Assembly: GCF_018350175.1 (NCBI RefSeq)
Contig: NC_058368.1
Coordinates: forward strand, 64,792,001 to 64,856,000
DNA length: 64,000 nt
DNA from: Felis catus
Taxonomy: Eukaryota
Direction: 5' to 3'
In this document: piece after piece, positions 51,443 through 63,534 of the stretch
Layout: the number at the start of each line of letters is the position of its first letter
How positions within the stretch are numbered: position 1 is the first letter of the stretch
Notes under the pieces: generated by a model
Told to the model about the DNA's origin: nothing
Databases searched by the model: none
What the model saw: only the letters and a program-made list of their open reading frames with translations
Made by a program: the position numbers and the translations under genes

Positions 51443-54254
51443 ATTCTTTTTCAAATAATGATGCATCCAATTAACCATTCCCACCAAATTTTTAAGTGGC
51501 AGGTCGTGTGTTAGGTAACGAGAATTTCCTGGAGGGACTGGCTAGTATCAGGCTGTACCTCCCTTTACTGATGGACTGTCCTGAATGTTGCCCTGGGCCA
51601 AGCCTTCTAGTCCCTGTCAAAAGTCACGTTATTCTATGACATGAAGGCTAGAGGCAGAGGTCCAGGAGAGAGGAATCTGTAGAGTACTCAAAAAGGTGAT
51701 GCTCTTATCTGCATGCTCCGTCATTTCAGGTTTGATATTAAATGCATTTAATCAGTCACTCTTCCCATTATGATGTCCTGAAACTGTGGCACATGATACA
51801 AGCTGAACTAAAAACACCTTTGCTCTACTTGGCTAGATCCTGTCTACTATATTGGAAGTCAATGCACTTGTGCTTCGCCTTCTATCTACAGATGATCCAT
51901 TTAAGTAATTGAAAAAAAAAAGTTTGTATTTGTTCTTGCCACCCTTCAACCCACTTGTTTCTTTTCAGAACCAGGACTTCTGGACTATTTCCTAATAAAT
52001 GATAAAGACTTCCAAAGTTTAACTGCTTATTCTTGTAGCTGACCACACACACTTTCTTTCTTGATATGTAATCACAGCTCATTCCCCAGCACATGTCACT
52101 TGTCCTTGTCCTGGTTCAAATCAGATGTTGCGATGACAGGAGCAGAAGATCAGATTCCAAAACGGCAGAGCTGTAAAAAGCATATATTATTGGTGGTCTA
52201 TGAGATTTCTATGACTCAATTAATATGGCCAAGAAAAATTGAGATTACTTCTATAATGAGAAATATTCTGTTCTGAATATGCTAACAAATCAAAGCACCA
52301 AATGCATTTATTTTTGGACAGAAGGGGTGGGAGGACTTGTGAGAGCCATCATTCCTAGGGATAAGAATGTCACTTGAAATGTTATTGATAGTAGGAAAAT
52401 AATATATTAATATGCTTCCTAACCTATGTTTTCTTTAATCGTGGCAGAAATGCATTCAAACTCTTTTTATTATAGGGATAAACAAAGGGCATGGGATATC
52501 TATGTTTAAACCACCTTGGCTTAACACAGTTTGTAATGGCCATCATTAGGAGTTTATGTGGAACCCTGTTTTGTGTCAACCACACTAAGATAATGTAGCT
52601 TGGGGTGACACATCCCTGCTCTTTGAAATGTGTGCATAAACAGACATTTTTGCCATGTATCTGTTTTGTCATGTGTTCTGCTGTGTAAACACTATGAAAT
52701 TTAGTCTAATCTTTTTTGGTTAATTCAAACATTTTCACTGTGTTCAGATAAATGTAACCAAAGCCAGATGTTGGTCTCTGTACGCAGAGCTCTCACTTAA
52801 TGTAAACAAAATTCTACTTCCTCCCTTTCTCCTTTCAGGCCAGATGTTGCTGTTGTTCACAATGCTTTTCCCTTTGCCTCATCACAGACCTCCCAGAAAT
52901 TGAGAGCCTCCTTTCCAAGCAGTTTGTGTGTGGGTGTCTACCTTTGAATTCCTATTATGCCTCACAACCTCCATAATAATGTTACAAGTGGCCCCACTCA
53001 ATCTTGGCAGAAATCCCAAGCAATCCATCTCTTTATTATCAACTGTCTTCTTTATGGATTCTCAATTCAGTAGACACTTCTTCAGGCTTCATTTACTGTG
53101 CAGAATTCTGCTACCCACCTTCTCGCTTGTGAAAAGAAACATGTTCTTAATGGATTCTGCTGACTCTCCATTCATTTTCAAGACTTCATTGAAGATGGTC
53201 TTCTTTATACAGCTGCCTCCTTGAGAATTGCCTTGTCCGTCCTTTGTCATTACCATTTCATATTGGTCTTTGAACTACCACTCTCCTCTGTACCTCCACC
53301 TTCTCTAATAGGTATTTTCCTGTCTGGACTCGTTGACTCAATCTATTTTCATATTTCAAATAAAAATATGAGTGTTTTTGCTAGTGCTTTACATTTTCAC
53401 TTTTTGTGGGTTTTTAAGTTTATTCAATGATTCTTGGTATTTTTTTTTTCATGGTCTAATTTAACTTTTTGGACTAAAGTTTTCTAAGAAAGTAGCATAG
53501 AATACAAGATAATTTCTGGTATGTTACTGTTTAGAACTACGTGCCTCATACATAGCTTGTTTCTTAGTGCCCTGTTTGCTGTAGATATTTATTTGTAAAA
53601 ACAAATAGATTTTTTTAAATCACTGTAAAGCCAAAGGTAGTTTCTTTCTCATCCAGGTGGCTTTAGAAAATATTGAAAGGTATATCTTTTTTGATGTAGC
53701 ATGTCAGGCCACAGGTGATTTTAATTCGCTTAGATCCCACCTTGTTAATTTCTTATAAATTTCTATAGTTTTATAACTTTAATATTAACTGATCTTGAAT
53801 GTACTGAAATAGACATAGAAATTATATGTGAGTTTTTCCTTGATTCACTATGAATCAGCCAATATATCATGTCCAACTTTACTTCTAAAGAATGTACTTA
53901 AGCAAAATACTCAAGATGCTGTGGGCTTAAAACTTCAGAAACCATTCAGCACGAAAAACAAGAGACTATCTCACAATTGACTAAAAAAATAGTTTCCTTT
54001 TCCAGGAAAAGGAGGGGGGGGTAAAAAATTAAATGTTGACACTTATAGAATATAGCGTTGGCTGCTACTATTTTAAAATTCAATCTCTACCTCAATGTTT
54101 TCCCAGAATAAGCTTAAATAGCCAGGTTACATAATTATACCATTCTACCTTCTAAATACCAACTTTGTCGTTTCTGAATATACTTAAATCTCAAGCCATT
54201 TTAATTCATGCTTTACAATTTTTGCATATTGTGTTTTTAATTGGGAAAAAAAGT

Positions 54255-54420
54255 TAAGAGATTAGTTCAATTCCTTGATTTTACAGTTGTAGAAACTAGG
54301 AATTGGAGATGATGAGTTTAAGTGACTTAAGTCAGGTCACATATTTAGTTAAAAGCAGCACTAGGGTAAAGAGTCAGTTCACTAACCCTCTTATAAAAGC
54401 TTTTCCTGTAACATCATCCC
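54255..54420 (-). mobile_element. MIR3/MIR relic
   Basis: ttttacagttgtagaaactagg...taagtgactt...aggtcacata. Confidence 0.7.
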
Positions 54421-54756
54421 AGGATTCAGTACTCATCCCAGTTTGGTGCTTTGCTTAGTTCCAGCACCCTCTGCCCATTCCACGCACAATTCACCTACAC
54501 AGCAACACTCCCTTCATGGCCTACATGCCTTTTGTCACTCTGTTCCCTTCACTTGGAGTGTCCCTCTCTGCTTGAGTACCCCTACAGGCTGTTCTTCCTT
54601 TGGATATCTGCCATATCTCCACATGACTTTTACCTTTCATTCAGTTGGGATCTATGAAACTTTCTCTAAATTCCCTAAGACGATTTAAGAATGTGTTCTG
54701 CCATTCTGTGCAACCATCACAAAAATTATCATGTTTTTCCCATCTCTATTCCCACC

Positions 54757-55053
54757 TTTGTTTTTCAATGTAGTAGCCTCCAGCTACATGTGTCTATTGA
54801 GCATTTGGAATGTAACAAAGTCAAATGTTCTGTGAGTATAAAGAACACCTAAATGTTCTCAAAGATTCAGTAAAAAAAAAGTATAAGATATATCGTTATT
54901 ATGTTGTAATGATAATATTTGGATATATTGGGTTAAATTAATTTCACCTTTAAAATTAATTTTACATATTTTTTTCTCATTTTAAAATGTAGCTACTAGG
55001 AAATTTTAAGTTACATTCGCAGCTTGTCTTATTTTTCTACTGGACAGCCTCTG
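54757..55053. mobile_element. MER33 (hAT-Charlie), near full length
   Basis: gctacatgtgtctattgagcatttggaatgt...ggatatattgggttaaat...gtagctactaggaaattttaa...ctactggacagcctctg. Confidence 0.85.
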
Positions 55054-55629
55054 TAGACCATAAATTTTTCAATAGTCTCTTAAAATGACCAGGGAATTTT
55101 ATTTTTATACACTTATCACCTGGGATTTTGCAATTAGCTGATAGATCACTATCTGTTTGTTGAGGTTTATTGGTATAATTTCAGATGCTGCTTGAATTGC
55201 TCTTGTCATAAAAGTATGACATCAAAGACAGGCTTGGAGCCCAGACTTTCTGATTCATCCTGCAATACTTTTTCACAAATCAATTTATTATAGTGTATGG
55301 CACTATAATATGTAGTAATAAGTTATGTATGCAAAAATATTGAATTATTAAATTGGTTTAAAAATTGTTAAAATGGTTGGCCATCTCAAAACAAACCAGT
55401 CTGTAAACTCCAAATAATTTCCAATTCATATGTGGCTCAGCTAAAGTCTACATATTAAGTATGCTAGAAAATTTTTCACTTAGTGAATCCCAGGACACGG
55501 AAATAAAAATATAAACTAATTATAGCTACTGTGGTTTTCTTCCTTGTTCATAGAATAAAGATGATGAGAATATATTACATGGTTTCTTATTATTTCTGGT
55601 AGGAATGTTACATTACTTGCTGAAACAAT

Positions 55630-55814
55630 AGAAACCCCCCCCCCCATATCCTCAACACCCTCCACCCATTGGTTCCCCTATTAATATCTTGCATTAGTGT
55701 GATACTTTATTATACTTGATGAACCAATATTAATACATTATTACTAACTAAAGTCCACCGTAACATTAGGGTTTGTTCTTTTTATATTCTCTGGGATTTA
55801 ACAAATTTACATCG

Positions 55815-55854
<40 letters not shown>

Positions 55855-57972
55855 CATGAGGAATAGTTTCACTGCCATAAAACATCTGTTCTCCACCTAT
55901 TCATCCTTCCCTCCCTTGCTCCAGAACCCTAGCAATCACTGGTCTTTTTACTGTATTCATAGTTTCACCTTTTTCAGAATGATATACTTGGAATCAAACA
56001 GTAACTTGCCTTTTCAGATTGCCTTCTTTCACTTAGCAATATGCATTTATGTTTCTTCCATGTCTGTTGATAGCTTAATAGGTCATTTCATTTTATTGAT
56101 GAGTAATAGTCCACTGTATGTACATACCACAGTTTGTGCATTGGTTGGAGAACATCTTGGTTGATTCCAAGTGTTGGCAGTTTGAATAAAACTGTTATAA
56201 ACATTCACTGGAATGTTGTGCGAACATAGTTTTCAACTCACATGGCCATATACAAAAAGAAAAATTTCTGGGTCATATAGTAAGAGTATATTTAGTTTTG
56301 TAAGAAATTGCCAAGTTATTTTCCAAAGTGGCTATACCACTTTGCATTCCCACCAGAAATGATTGAAGAGTGCCTGTTGCTTCAAATCTGAATCAGCATT
56401 TGGTGTTGTTAGTGTTCCAGATTCTAACTATTCTAATAGATGTGAAATGATATCTCACTGTTGCTCTAACTTGCAATTCCCTAGTGATGTTTTGTATCTT
56501 TTTATATGCATATTTGCTATCTCTGTATCTTCTTTGGTGATGTAGCTGGTCAGGCCTTTTCCCCATTTTTTAATTGAAGTGTTATTGTCATGTTTTAAGT
56601 TTTATTTTTTAGATGTTGATCTTTAACAGATATCTGTTTTTCAAATATTTTCTCCCAGTCTATGGCTTGTCATTTCATTCTGTGAATAGTGTCTTCTACA
56701 GAGCAGAAGTTTTAAATTTAAATTTTAATGATGCCCACTTTATTTTTTCATGGACTGTGCCTTTGGTGTTGTCTAAAAAGGCATTGCCAAACTGAATTTC
56801 ACCTAGATTTTCTCCTATGTTACTTTCTAGGAATTGTATAGCTCCCCATTCTATGTTTAAATATATGATCCATTTTGGGGTTGTTTTTATGAAAGGTATA
56901 AAATCTGCATTTAGATCCAATTTTCCTTTTGCTGTAGATGTCCAGTTGTTCCAGCAGCATTTGATGAATAAACTATGTTTTCTTCATTGTATGGCCTTTG
57001 CTGCTTTTTCAAGTTCAGTTGACTTTATTTGTGTGAGTCTATTTCTGGGCTCTCTATTCTGTTCTACTGATCTTTTATCTACACTTTTACAATATCACAC
57101 TGTCTTTTTTTGAAAATGTTTATTTATTTTGAGAGAGAGTCAGCATGTGCAAGTGGGGCAGGGACAGAGAGAGAGGGACAGAGAGAGAGGGAGAGCAGGC
57201 TCAATGTCACCAACTGTGAAGTCATGACCTAAGCCGAAATTAAGAGTTAGATGATTAACCAGGAACCCAGGCACACCAACACACTATATTAATTACTGTA
57301 GGTTTAAAATAAGTTTTGAATTTGGGTGGTCTCAGTCCTCCATCTTTGTCTTTCTCAACCTCAATATCATTTTTACTATTCTGAGTCTTTTGCCTTTCCA
57401 TACAAACTTTGTAAAGTTTATTGATATCTACAAAATTTGGCTGGAATTGGGAATTTCTCTTTCCCAAAGGCCATTGGGCTATGGTAAAATAGTTTGAAGG
57501 CATTGTTAAAAACAACAGAATCGTCTGAATTTATTTCACACTGGCTACTTTCCCCCTTCCTCCATCAGAAGATTAAGGATGTTTTTTCTATGGTCTTCAT
57601 TGTGAACACCTGATAGGGCTCCTGGAGGTAAAATTCACAAAAGTGTGATTGTGCTTTAACACTAAGATCCCATGGAGTTTTTAACTCCCATTCTTGTCTC
57701 CACTGAGCCTCCATCAATTTATTAATTACAGTTAGGTTTCCTATCCCAGTAATAGTTGTCAGGGAAATTTTACTCATGAGCTTCTGTTCCAACAACTTGT
57801 GCTACTCTGTATCTGACTGTCTTTCCAGTCTGAGGGACAGTGGTTTGCTATGACCTCAGTTCTTGGATTATCTAAGACTTGTTGATTTTCAGTTTGTTCA
57901 GCACTTTTTTCTTGTGATTATTAGTAATAATGACTTCCAAAGTCCTTACATATTGGTCCTGAACCCATAAGT
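55630..57972 (-). mobile_element. Old L1MC/MD element: 3' end plus partial ORF2 joined to a 5'-end segment
   Basis: 3' motif gatgaaccaatattaatacattattactaactaaagtcc; ORF2 to ~57460; 5'UTR-like ggtttgctatgacctcag...gttgattttcagtttgttcagc...tgacttccaa at 57560-57972; (CA)n at 55817-55852. Confidence 0.8.
57105..57277 (-). mobile_element. Internally deleted Can-SINE nested in L1
   Basis: aatgtttatttattttgagagagag tail, tcatgacctaagccgaaattaagag, cccaggcacacc head. Confidence 0.9.
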
Positions 57973-57983
57973 TTCCATGTATA

Positions 57984-58188
57984 TTTTTAAATTTATTTTA
58001 TTATGTTTTTACTTAGAGAGAATGCAGACAAGCAGGGGAGAAGGGCAGAGGGAGAAAGAGAGAGTATCAAGCAGGCTCCAAGCTCAGCACTGAGTCCAAC
58101 ACAGGGCTTGATCCCATGACCCTGAGATCATGACCTGAGCCAAAATCAAGAGTTGGACACTCAGCTGAATGAGCCACCCAGGCACCCC
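57984..58188 (-). mobile_element. Can-SINE (older type)
   Basis: gggcttgatcccatgaccctgagatcatgacctgagcc...gagccacccaggcacccc. Confidence 0.96.
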
Positions 58189-58699
58189 AACACACACATA
58201 TATATTTTAAGTCTTTCAATTCCTTACTGTTTTCTCTTCTCCTAATATACATGGAAACGTAATTATGATAATAACAATTTATAGACAGGGTTAGAGGAAG
58301 TTGATGACAGGGTAGAACAATATGAACACCATATATTTAGGGGTTTTTTTCTGTCTCAAGAGAGGTAACAAAAGCACAAGTGCCACTGAAATGTTTGGGG
58401 CTTCAGAATAGTATGATTACTACCCTCTGTCACCTGCACTTGGAGAGAACTGAGAACAAGGTAGCCTCCTTCAGATAACTCCAGAGATGGGTTCCAGATT
58501 GTTCACATTTTCTATAAAGACCCACTGGAACAAAGACCACCATATATTCTCAACCTTCTAGTGATGACTACAGGAGAAATTCCAACCATTTGACCAATGT
58601 GGGAGCTGGTAATCCTCTCCCATGAGGTAAAGAGATCAGAGTCATTAGAACAGAGTACAATGTAGAAGTAGTACCAGAGTACAAATGGTAGAAGAGGAA

Positions 58700-59440
58700 A
58701 ATGAAAACACTAAAAACCAGGGAGAAAATAACTCAGTGTGATGCCATTAGAGATCAAAATAAACTTTCTAGAACTGAAGATCAAGATGTCTAGAATGTAA
58801 GAATTTAGTAGAGCTGAAAAACACAAGAGTTGTTTTGTATAATTAATTTTGAAGTAGAGAAAAATATATATCATGAAATAGAGAAAAGAAATATGAAAGA
58901 AGCATGGTGATGAATATAAATAATATGCAAATACAATGCAAATAATAGGCCATTTCAGAAAAAAGAAAATAGATGGGAGAGATTAAGAACCAAAGAATAA
59001 TAGAAGAAAACGCTTGAGTATTCAGATTAAAAGATGTCATTGAGATCCTGGTGAGAAAAAAGAAAAATAAAATCACATTGACATGGCATAGGAGAATGAC
59101 TTAAATTGAGAGTAAGTTTTTCAAGTTTCCAGACAAATAGAACAAATTATTTAGAAAGGAAAAAGTATTAGACTTTATACAAGGAAAATTCCAGGAGGGA
59201 TAATTTAACCTTTTGAAAATTAGAAAAAAAAATAAATAAAACGTCCTAAGAAAGGTAAAGAAAAAGTGCTGTAAAATAGTATTAGACAATAAATTATTTC
59301 TATAAATGGATATTGATGATATGATTTATAATTATAATATCCATATCAAGAAAGGTTTCTTGAATTTGAAGAGTTATCTTGTAAAGGGCAACCTACTAAT
59401 TGGCAAAGGAAGTAAGTAGTTTTGGGAAGACTGTGATAAT
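58700..59440 (+). mobile_element. HAL1 / ancient L1 ORF1-like relic
   Basis: A-rich; ttcagattaaaagatgtcattgag, aagtttccagacaaatagaacaaattatttagaaagg resemble HAL1. Confidence 0.5.
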
Positions 59441-59700
59441 GTATGGTGGGGGTTAGAGGCAGAATAAAAACAATAAAAATCTGTTCTTCTTGTTTCCAAT
59501 ATAAATAATATACAGTGTCGTATTAGTTATAAGTGTTCAATATACTACACCTGAATTTTATACATTACTCAGTGCTCTTCACTGTGCTTAACCTCTTCAC
59601 CTTTTTATCCATCTTCCCACCCACTTCCCTTCTGGTAATCACCAGTTCTCTATATTTAAGAGGGTTTTTTTGGCTTTTTTTCCTCATTCATTTGTTTTGT

Positions 59701-59776
59701 CTCACAAAGGGTGAGATCATGACCTGAGCCAAAGTCAAGAGTCGGATGCTTAACTGACTGAGTCACCCAGGCACCC
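59701..59776 (-). mobile_element. Tailless (3'-truncated) Can-SINE head, 76 bp
   Basis: Only the 5' tRNA-related part is present; perfect TSD ttcatttgttttgt at 59687-59700 and 59777-59790. Confidence 0.93.
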
Positions 59777-59939
59777 TTCATTTGTTTTGTTTCTTAATTT
59801 CCAGATATGAATGAAATCTTATGCTATTTGTCTCTCTCTGTCTGACTTATTTCACTTAGCATTATACTCTATAGATCCATTCACATTGTTGGAAATGGCA
59901 ATATTTTTCATTCTTTTTAATGGCTGATTAATATTACAT

Positions 59940-60025
59940 TATATGTATTACATAACACACACACATATGTATATGTACATATGTACATATGTACATATAT
60001 ATGTATATGTATATATGTGTATGTA

Positions 60026-60081
<56 letters not shown>

Positions 60082-60093
60082 TACATACACATA
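59940..60093. repeat. Palindromic compound microsatellite inside L1 ORF2
   Basis: (GT)8(AT)n(AC)7 with complementary flanks. Confidence 0.95.
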
Positions 60094-62159
60094 CCATATA
60101 TTCTCTATCCATTCATTTATCAGTGGACACTTGGGCCACTTCCATAATTTGGCTATTATGAATAATTCTACAATAAACATAGGGGTACACATAACATGTC
60201 AAATTAGTGTTTTTGTATTCTTGGGAAAATACCCAGTAGTGGAATTACTGGATTATATGATAGTTTTATTTTTAACTTTTGAGGAACCTCCATACTATTT
60301 TCCACAGTGACCAGCTTGCATTCCCAACACTACATGAAGGTTCCTTTCTCTCCTCACCAACACTTGTTTCTTATGCTTTTGTTCTTAACCATTCTTATTG
60401 GTGTGAGGTGGTATCTTGTGGTTTTGATTTGCAATTTCCTTTTGATTAGTGACATTGATCATCTTTTCATGTGTCTGTGGTCTATTCATGTCTTCTGCCC
60501 ATTTTTTAATTGGATTGTTTGCGGGTTTTTTCTGTGTGTGTGTTGAGTTATATAAGGCCTTTATATATCTTGGATATTAACTTCTTATTGGATATATCAT
60601 TTGCAGATCTCTTCTCCCATGTAGTAGGTTTTTTTATTTTACTGATTATTTCCTTTGCTGTTCAAAGGCTTTTACTTTGGTATAGTCCCACTAATTTTTT
60701 GTTTTGTTTTTGTTTTTGTTTTTCCTTTGCCTCAGGACACATATTTTAACAACAAAAACAAAAACAAACAAACAAAAAAACATGACTTCGGCAAATGTCA
60801 GAGAAATTACTCCCTGTGCTCTCTTCTAGAAATTGTATGGTTTCAGGTCTCACACTTAGGTGTTTAATCCATTTTGAGTTTATTTTTTGTGTATGGTGTA
60901 AGGAAGTGGCCCTCTTTAATTCTTTTGATTGTAGCTGCCCAGTTTTCCCAGCACCATTTATTGTAGACTGTCTTTAGCTGTGGAATATTTTTGCCTTCTT
61001 TGTTATAGATTAATTAACCATATAATCATGGGTTTATTTCTGGGCTGTCTATTCTGTTCTGTTTATCTATGTGTCTGTTTTTGTGCCAGTATCACACTGT
61101 TTTGATTAATACAGATTTGTAGTATATCTTGAAATCTGAGATTGTAATACCTCCAGGTTGTTGTTTTTTTTTAAGATTGCTTTGGCTAATAAAGATCCTT
61201 TGTGGTTCCATTCACATTTTAGGATTGTTTGTTCTACTTCTATAGAAACTACTATTGGTATTTTGATGGGGATTTCATTAAATCTGTATCCAAATTGCTT
61301 TGGATAATCTCAACATCTTAACAATATTTATTCTCCAATCCATGAGCATGGAATATCTTTCAGTTTGTATTCTCGTCAATTTCTTTCATCAACTTTTTGT
61401 AGTTTTCAGAGTGCAGGTCTTTCACCTCCTTGGTTAAGTTTATCCCTTGGTGTTTTATTATTTTTGTTGTACTTGTATAGGAAACTGCTTTCTCAATCTC
61501 TTTCTGCTACTTCATTATTAGTATACAGAAATGCAACACATTTCTTTCATTGATTTTGTATCTTATTTGCTACTGAATTCATTCATCAGTTTAGTTTCTT
61601 CTTGGACTGTTTAGGGTCTTCTATGTATATAGTACCGTGTCATCTGAAATAATGAAAATGTTATTTCTTTCTTACCTTTTTGGATGACTTTATTTCTTTT
61701 TTCATGTCTGCTTACTGTGGGCTAGGACTTCAAGTGCTATGTTTAAAAAAATTCTGAGAGTGGACATCCCTGTGTTGTTTCTGATCCTAGGGAAAAAGTT
61801 CTCAGTTCTTCATGATTCAATATGTCAGCTGTGGGATTTTCATATACAGAATTTATTATAATGACATGTTTCCCTCTAAACCTACTTTGCAGAGGGTTTT
61901 TATCATGAATGGATATTGTACTTTGTCAAATACTTTTCCTGCACCTATTGAAATGATCATATAGCTTTTATCCTTTCCATTGTTGATGTGATATATCCCA
62001 CTGATTTATTTGGAAATATTGAACCACACTTGCATCCCTGGAATGAATCCCACAAGATCATGGTGAATAGTTATTTTTTAATGTATTGTCAGATTCAGTT
62101 TGCTAATATTTTGTTAAGGATTTTTGCATCTATGTTTATCAGATATTGGCCTATAGTTT

Positions 62160-62161
<2 letters not shown>

Positions 62162-62200
<39 letters not shown>
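62162..62200. repeat. (CT)n microsatellite within L1
   Basis: Perfect run. Confidence 0.96.
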
Positions 62201-62203
<3 letters not shown>

Positions 62204-63069
62204 TAGTGTCTTTATCTGGTTTTGGTGCTAGGGTCATGTTGGCCTCATAAAATGAATTTGGAAGGTTTCCTTCTATTTTCTGGAATATTTTGAGAAGAAT
62301 AGGTGTGACTCTTGTTTAAATGTTTGGTAGAATTTACCTGTAAAGCTGTCTGGTCCTGGACTTTTGTTTGTTGGCAATTTTTGACTACTGATTCAATTTC
62401 ATTTCTAGTAGTTGATCTGTTCAAATTTTCTATTCTTTATAGCTCAATTTTGGGAGGCTATATATTTCTAGGAATTGATCCATTTCCTCTATGTTGTCCA
62501 ATTTGTTGGCATAAAATTTTTCATAATATTATAATCAAATTTATGTGATGTCAATTGTTACTTATCCTCTTTCATTTCTGATTTTATATATTTGAGTCCT
62601 CTTTTTCTTTTTCTTTTTTTTTCTTTTCTTTTTTTTGAGTCTGACTAAGGGTGTATCAATTTTGTTGATTTTTTCAAAGAACCAGCTTGTGGTGTTATTG
62701 ATCTGTTCTTTGTTTCTGCTTTAATCTATTATTTCCTTCCTTCTGCTCATTTTGGCTGTTCTTTTCTAGATCCTTTAGGTGTCAAGTTAGGTTGTTTATT
62801 TGAGATTTTTCTTGCTTCCTGAGGTAGGCCTGTATTGCTATAAATGTTCCTCTTAAAACAGTGGTTGCTGCATCCCAAAGATTTTGGAGACTTTTGTTTT
62901 CATTTTCCTTTGTTTTCATATAATTTTTGATTCCTTCTTTCATTGCTTGGTTGATCCCTTCATTTTTTAGTAGCATGCTATTTAACCTCCGTGTATTTGT
63001 GATCTTTTCATATCTTGTGGTGGACTTCTAGTTTTATAGCATTATAGTCAGAAAAGTTGCATATTATGA

Positions 63070-63534
63070 CTAAAATCTTTCAAATTTGTTGAGATTTGTT
63101 TTGTAGCCTAACATATGATCTATTTTGGAGAATTTTCCATGTGTACTTGAAAAGAATGTGCATTCCATTTTAGGTTGAAATATTCTGAATATATTTGTTA
63201 GATCCATCTGGTCCAATGTGTCATTCAAAAGCACTATTTCCTTGTTGATTTTGTGTTTGAGTGATCTATCCACTGATGTAAGTGGGGTGTTAAAGTCCCC
63301 TACTATTATTGTATTACTATTGATTACTTCCTTTATGTTTATTAATAGCCGCTTCAAGTATTTAGGTGCATAAATATTTACAATTGGTATATGTTCTCTT
63401 TGGATTGTTTGCTTTATGATTATGTAACGTTCTTCTTTGTCTCTTGTTATTCTCTTTGTTTGAAAGTCCATTTCATTCAATAAAAATATTCCTACCCCAC
63501 CTTTCTTTTTTACTTCAATTTCCATGATAAACAC
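63070..63534 (-). pseudogene. L1 ORF2p apurinic-like endonuclease domain remnant
   Basis: Motifs IVNIYAP, IIVGDFNTPLT, FSKIDHMLG; flanked by frameshifts and stops, so not a functional ORF2. Confidence 0.92.
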
